This document shows positions 61,696 through 64,000 of a stretch of 64,000 nt of DNA, piece by piece. Under the pieces are notes generated by a model. It was not told the DNA's origin, ran no database searches, and was given only the letters and a program-made list of their open reading frames with translations. Each line of letters opens with the position of its first letter. The stretch's first letter is position 1. The translations under genes were made by a program, and so were the position numbers. Source of the stretch: Chloroflexota bacterium (GTDB lineage: Bacteria; Chloroflexota; UBA6077; JACCZL01); assembly GCA_046328115.1 (NCBI GenBank), contig JAXLXE010000005.1:75597-139596 (forward strand), in the 5' to 3' direction.

Positions 61696-63153
61696 TCAGC
61701 CGCCGTAGACGTCCTTCATCTCCTTCTCCGCCCAGGCCACGGCCGACTCTGGCGACTCTCCTTGAACGGCCTTCGCGAACATGTCCACCAGGATGTACTT
61801 GGACTGGACCAGGGCGACCTTGCTATCCGCGGGGCCGGGCCAGCCGATGGCGCGGGCGTTCTCCGGGGCCTTCTTGAAGACGCGGGTGGCGGGTGGGAAC
61901 TTCTCCCAGAGGGGGTTGTTGTTCTGCTTCTCGCCCACGCCGGAGTAGTAGCTGGCACCGAGCTCAAACCAGGGCATCCAGATCTCGTCTGACATGCACC
62001 ATTTGAGGAAGGCCTTCGCGGCGTCCGCGTTCTTGCTGTACTTCATGACGCCGTAGTAGTCGCTGGCGACCATGCGGATGTCGCCCTTGGGGCCGGCGGG
62101 GATGAAGTCCAGGCCGATGTCGTCCAGGAAAGGCTGCTTGTCCTTCCGGGCGACCCACCAGATGCTGGCGCCGTTCTGGGTGGCGGAGACGGTCTCGGCG
62201 AGGAACGCCCGGTTGTTCGCGCTGTCGTCCCAGGCCAGGCCGGTCTCGTCAAAGGCGTCCTTCCAGGCCTGCTTCAGCGTGGTGACGGCGGCAACGGTTC
62301 CGGGGGAGTTGATGGCCACCTTGCCCTTGTCGTCAACTTCCTGGCCGCCGTAGGCCCAGACGAGCGGATAGACCCAGAAGACAGGATCACCGGTGCTGTG
62401 CCCCAGGGAGGCGCCGAGCGGTCGGCCCTTCTCCTTCAGCTTCTTGCCCACGGCGTGCATCTCATCGTAGGTCTTGGGGAACGACTCCACGCCGACTTCC
62501 TTGAACCACGACTTGCGCCAGTGGACGGCGGTGCCGACGATGTCTCGCGGGACGGCGAGGTACTTGCCCTCTACCTTACTGTAGGCCTCGGGCACGCCGT
62601 AGTACTCACCGGTGACCTTCTTGATGTCAGCGGTGATGTCGCTCACGTCCAGGAGCGCGTCTTTGTAGAGGTGGGCCCAGTTGTGGAACAGCATGAAGAT
62701 GTCCGGGCCGGCGCCGCCCTGGATGGAGGCGGTCAGCTTGGTCTGGAGATCGTTGTTGCCGATGAACTCCATGGTGACCTGGGCGCCGGTCTCCCTCATG
62801 AAGCCCTCTTCCACCTGCTTCTTGAAGAACGGGTCGTTCTCCGGGACGAAGCTTGAGGACGACACGACGCTCAGCGTGGTGCCCTTGAGGTTTGGAAGTC
62901 CTCCAGCCTTGGCGGCCGGGGCGGCTTGAGCTGGAGTGGCGGCGGGCGCCGCGGCGGAAGCGGCGGGCTTGGGAGCATCAGCGGGCTTTGGAGGCTCCGC
63001 CGGTTTCGCGTCCGGCTTGGGCTGGGCGGGCGCGGTGGCGCCGCCGCAGGCGCTCAAGAGGAGCAACGCGGTGGAGCCAAGCACGGCGCCGATGACGCGG
63101 CGGCGGGTGAACAGACGAACGCGATCGGTGGCGGGTGCGAGAGGCTTCGCCAT
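61696..63153 (-). CDS. ABC transporter extracellular solute-binding protein (family 1, sugar-type), TAT/lipoprotein signal
   Basis: ATG 63153 is preceded by GAGGAG. FTRRRVIGAVLGSTALLLLSACGG is a twin-Arg signal plus lipobox, followed by an Ala/Pro-rich linker and the SBP fold. Confidence 0.85.
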   Translation of the reverse strand: MAKPLAPATDRVRLFTRRRVIGAVLGSTALLLLSACGGATAPAQPKPDAKPAEPPKPADAPKPAASAAAPAATPAQAAPAAKAGGLPNLKGTTLSVVSSSSFVPENDPFFKKQVEEGFMRETGAQVTMEFIGNNDLQTKLTASIQGGAGPDIFMLFHNWAHLYKDALLDVSDITADIKKVTGEYYGVPEAYSKVEGKYLAVPRDIVGTAVHWRKSWFKEVGVESFPKTYDEMHAVGKKLKEKGRPLGASLGHSTGDPVFWVYPLVWAYGGQEVDDKGKVAINSPGTVAAVTTLKQAWKDAFDETGLAWDDSANNRAFLAETVSATQNGASIWWVARKDKQPFLDDIGLDFIPAGPKGDIRMVASDYYGVMKYSKNADAAKAFLKWCMSDEIWMPWFELGASYYSGVGEKQNNNPLWEKFPPATRVFKKAPENARAIGWPGPADSKVALVQSKYILVDMFAKAVQGESPESAVAWAEKEMKDVYGG

Positions 63154-63237
63154 TGAGCTCTCCTCATGCCAGGTCTCGGTCCGGGGTGCGGCCGAGTGTC
63201 TGCAACGAGTCGCACGGTTCGCTATTCGGTTTGGGCC

Positions 63238-63266
63238 AGGATAGACGCGGCCGGGGGAAGAGTCAA
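63238..63266 (-). promoter_or_regulatory. sigma70-like promoter for the solute-binding protein gene
   Basis: On the minus strand, TTGACT (63266-63261), a 17-nt spacer, then TATCCT (63243-63238). Confidence 0.4.
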
Positions 63267-63386
63267 GAGTCCCGCAGCAGGCGTGACAAGTGACCTGGGC
63301 AGCGGTGGGGAACGGCGACGGGGAAAGGGAGAGGGCCGGTAGAATGTTGGCAGTCGGCAAGACGCCGACGTCGGACGTGCTGTACG

Positions 63387-63413
63387 ATTTGTCATAGCTG
63401 TGCTATGACAAAT
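63387..63413. promoter_or_regulatory. perfect 12-bp-arm inverted repeat upstream of the CoxM-like gene (putative GntR-type operator)
   Basis: ATTTGTCATAGC-tgt-GCTATGACAAAT ends 32 nt before GTG 63445. Confidence 0.5.
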
Positions 63414-63444
63414 CCGGGACAATTTGCGATGTTGGAGAGTGTGT

Positions 63445-64000
63445 GTGCGTAGATTCGAGGTGAGCCTGCCCACGACCGTGGATGAGTGCCTGAAGGCACT
63501 CGCGGCGGCTGGATCCGGAGGCAGGGCGGTGGCCGGCGGCACGGATCTGGTGCCCCAGATGAAGAACGGGTTGCTGCGGCCAGCGACGGTGGTGGACCTG
63601 AGCGCGGTGAGCGAGCTGCAGGGCCTTTCGGTGCAGTCCGACGGCAGCCTGCGCATCGGCGCGGGCGTGAGTGCACGGTCGATCGAGCTGGATGGCGCGG
63701 TGCGCCGGGCCTACTCGGTGCTGTCGGACGGCGCCGGGCTCGTCGGTTCGATCCAGGTGCGGAATCTGGCGACCATCGGCGGGAACATCTGCAACGCGGC
63801 TCCCTCTGCCGACATGGCGGCGCCGCTGATGGTGCTGGACGCGGTGGCCGTAATCGCGGGGCCCAGCGGTCGCCGGCGGGTCTCGCTCTCTGAGTTTTTC
63901 ACGGGCGTACGGCGAACGGTGCTGGCACCCGGTGAGCTGCTGGTTGAGCTGAGTCTGCCGGCGCCAGAGGCGGGCACGGGCGGCAACTACCGCCGGCACA
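63445..64000 (+). CDS. FAD-binding (medium, CoxM/XdhB-like) subunit of a xanthine dehydrogenase/CO dehydrogenase family molybdoenzyme, 3' end outside the window
   Basis: GTG start after GGAGAG. VRRFEVSLPTTVDECLKALAAAG...AGGTDLVPQMKNG...VRNLATIGGNICNAAPSADMAAPL. The ORF is open to the window end and so is absent from the ORF track. Confidence 0.85.
   Translation, partial: MRRFEVSLPTTVDECLKALAAAGSGGRAVAGGTDLVPQMKNGLLRPATVVDLSAVSELQGLSVQSDGSLRIGAGVSARSIELDGAVRRAYSVLSDGAGLVGSIQVRNLATIGGNICNAAPSADMAAPLMVLDAVAVIAGPSGRRRVSLSEFFTGVRRTVLAPGELLVELSLPAPEAGTGGNYRRH

Overview
The window is visibly very GC-rich bacterial DNA (GC not computed), densely coding on both strands. Shine-Dalgarno GGAGG-like sites precede many starts, and there are many spurious long antisense ORFs, as expected at high GC. 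I call about 50 protein genes, 3-4 pseudogenes, and several regulatory palindromes, promoters, terminators and tandem repeats. By eye I saw no rRNA, tRNA, CRISPR array, transposase or integrase. The taxon cannot be assigned from sequence alone. The gene content (CSLREA/Calx-beta surface protein, STAND-LuxR regulators, many enolase-superfamily paralogs) fits Chloroflexota/Thermomicrobia-like or actinobacterial genomes, possibly a secondary replicon; this is inference only.

Layout:
- 0-7.6 kb: two tandem STAND-ATPase/TPR/LuxR regulators. They are followed by a decayed methyltransferase+amidohydrolase mosaic whose 3' end repeats the amidohydrolase 3' end at nt 1-162.
- 7.7-15.4 kb: tandem enolase-superfamily genes, a GT39-like membrane protein with a PA14 tail, an SGNH-like protein, a third enolase paralog and an epimerase.
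- 15.4-19.7 kb: a small accessory island with a TfoX-N protein, a ParD antitoxin with an operator palindrome, a frameshifted ParE, and an 825-aa NACHT STAND NTPase whose C-terminal LRR looks truncated.
- 19.7-24.8 kb: an SGNH paralog and a giant CSLREA/beta-helix/6x Calx-beta protein split by a homopolymer frameshift.
- 25-32.9 kb: MFS transporter, PAS-GGDEF-EAL protein, S51 peptidase-like protein, HAD hydrolase, metallophosphoesterase and a secreted hypothetical protein.
- 32.9-35.5 kb (window centre): an orphan ParA/ParB pair preceded by a GAF protein that carries only a DHp-like domain.
- 35.7-45.6 kb: LLM oxidoreductase, SMP-30 protein, DoxX protein, an SH3b/lysozyme-like protein, APH(6)-like kinase, histidine phosphatase, DAK2 protein, an Asn/Asp-rich secreted protein and a molybdopterin oxidoreductase.
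- 45.9-47.5 kb: three 32-bp-spaced palindromic units upstream of an AAA_14/DUF4143 ATPase.
- 47.8-53.1 kb: a fourth enolase paralog; a 1127-aa BNR/Asp-box protein preceded by a 66-aa ORF that shares its N-terminal motif; and a second Asn/Asp-rich secreted peptide.
- 53.4-64 kb: DrrAB-like ABC exporter, a MarR fusion protein with an operator, a DUF3592 protein, a 15-bp tandem repeat, a hybrid histidine kinase, a formamidase, a solute-binding protein and a partial CoxM-like gene.

The best candidates for something new are the ParD/pseudo-ParE/NACHT island, the small-ORF + BNR operon with a shared peptide motif, the GAF-DHp/ParA/ParB module, the paired 'large envelope protein + SGNH' modules, and the repeated palindromes at 45.9 kb. 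None can be proven from sequence alone.
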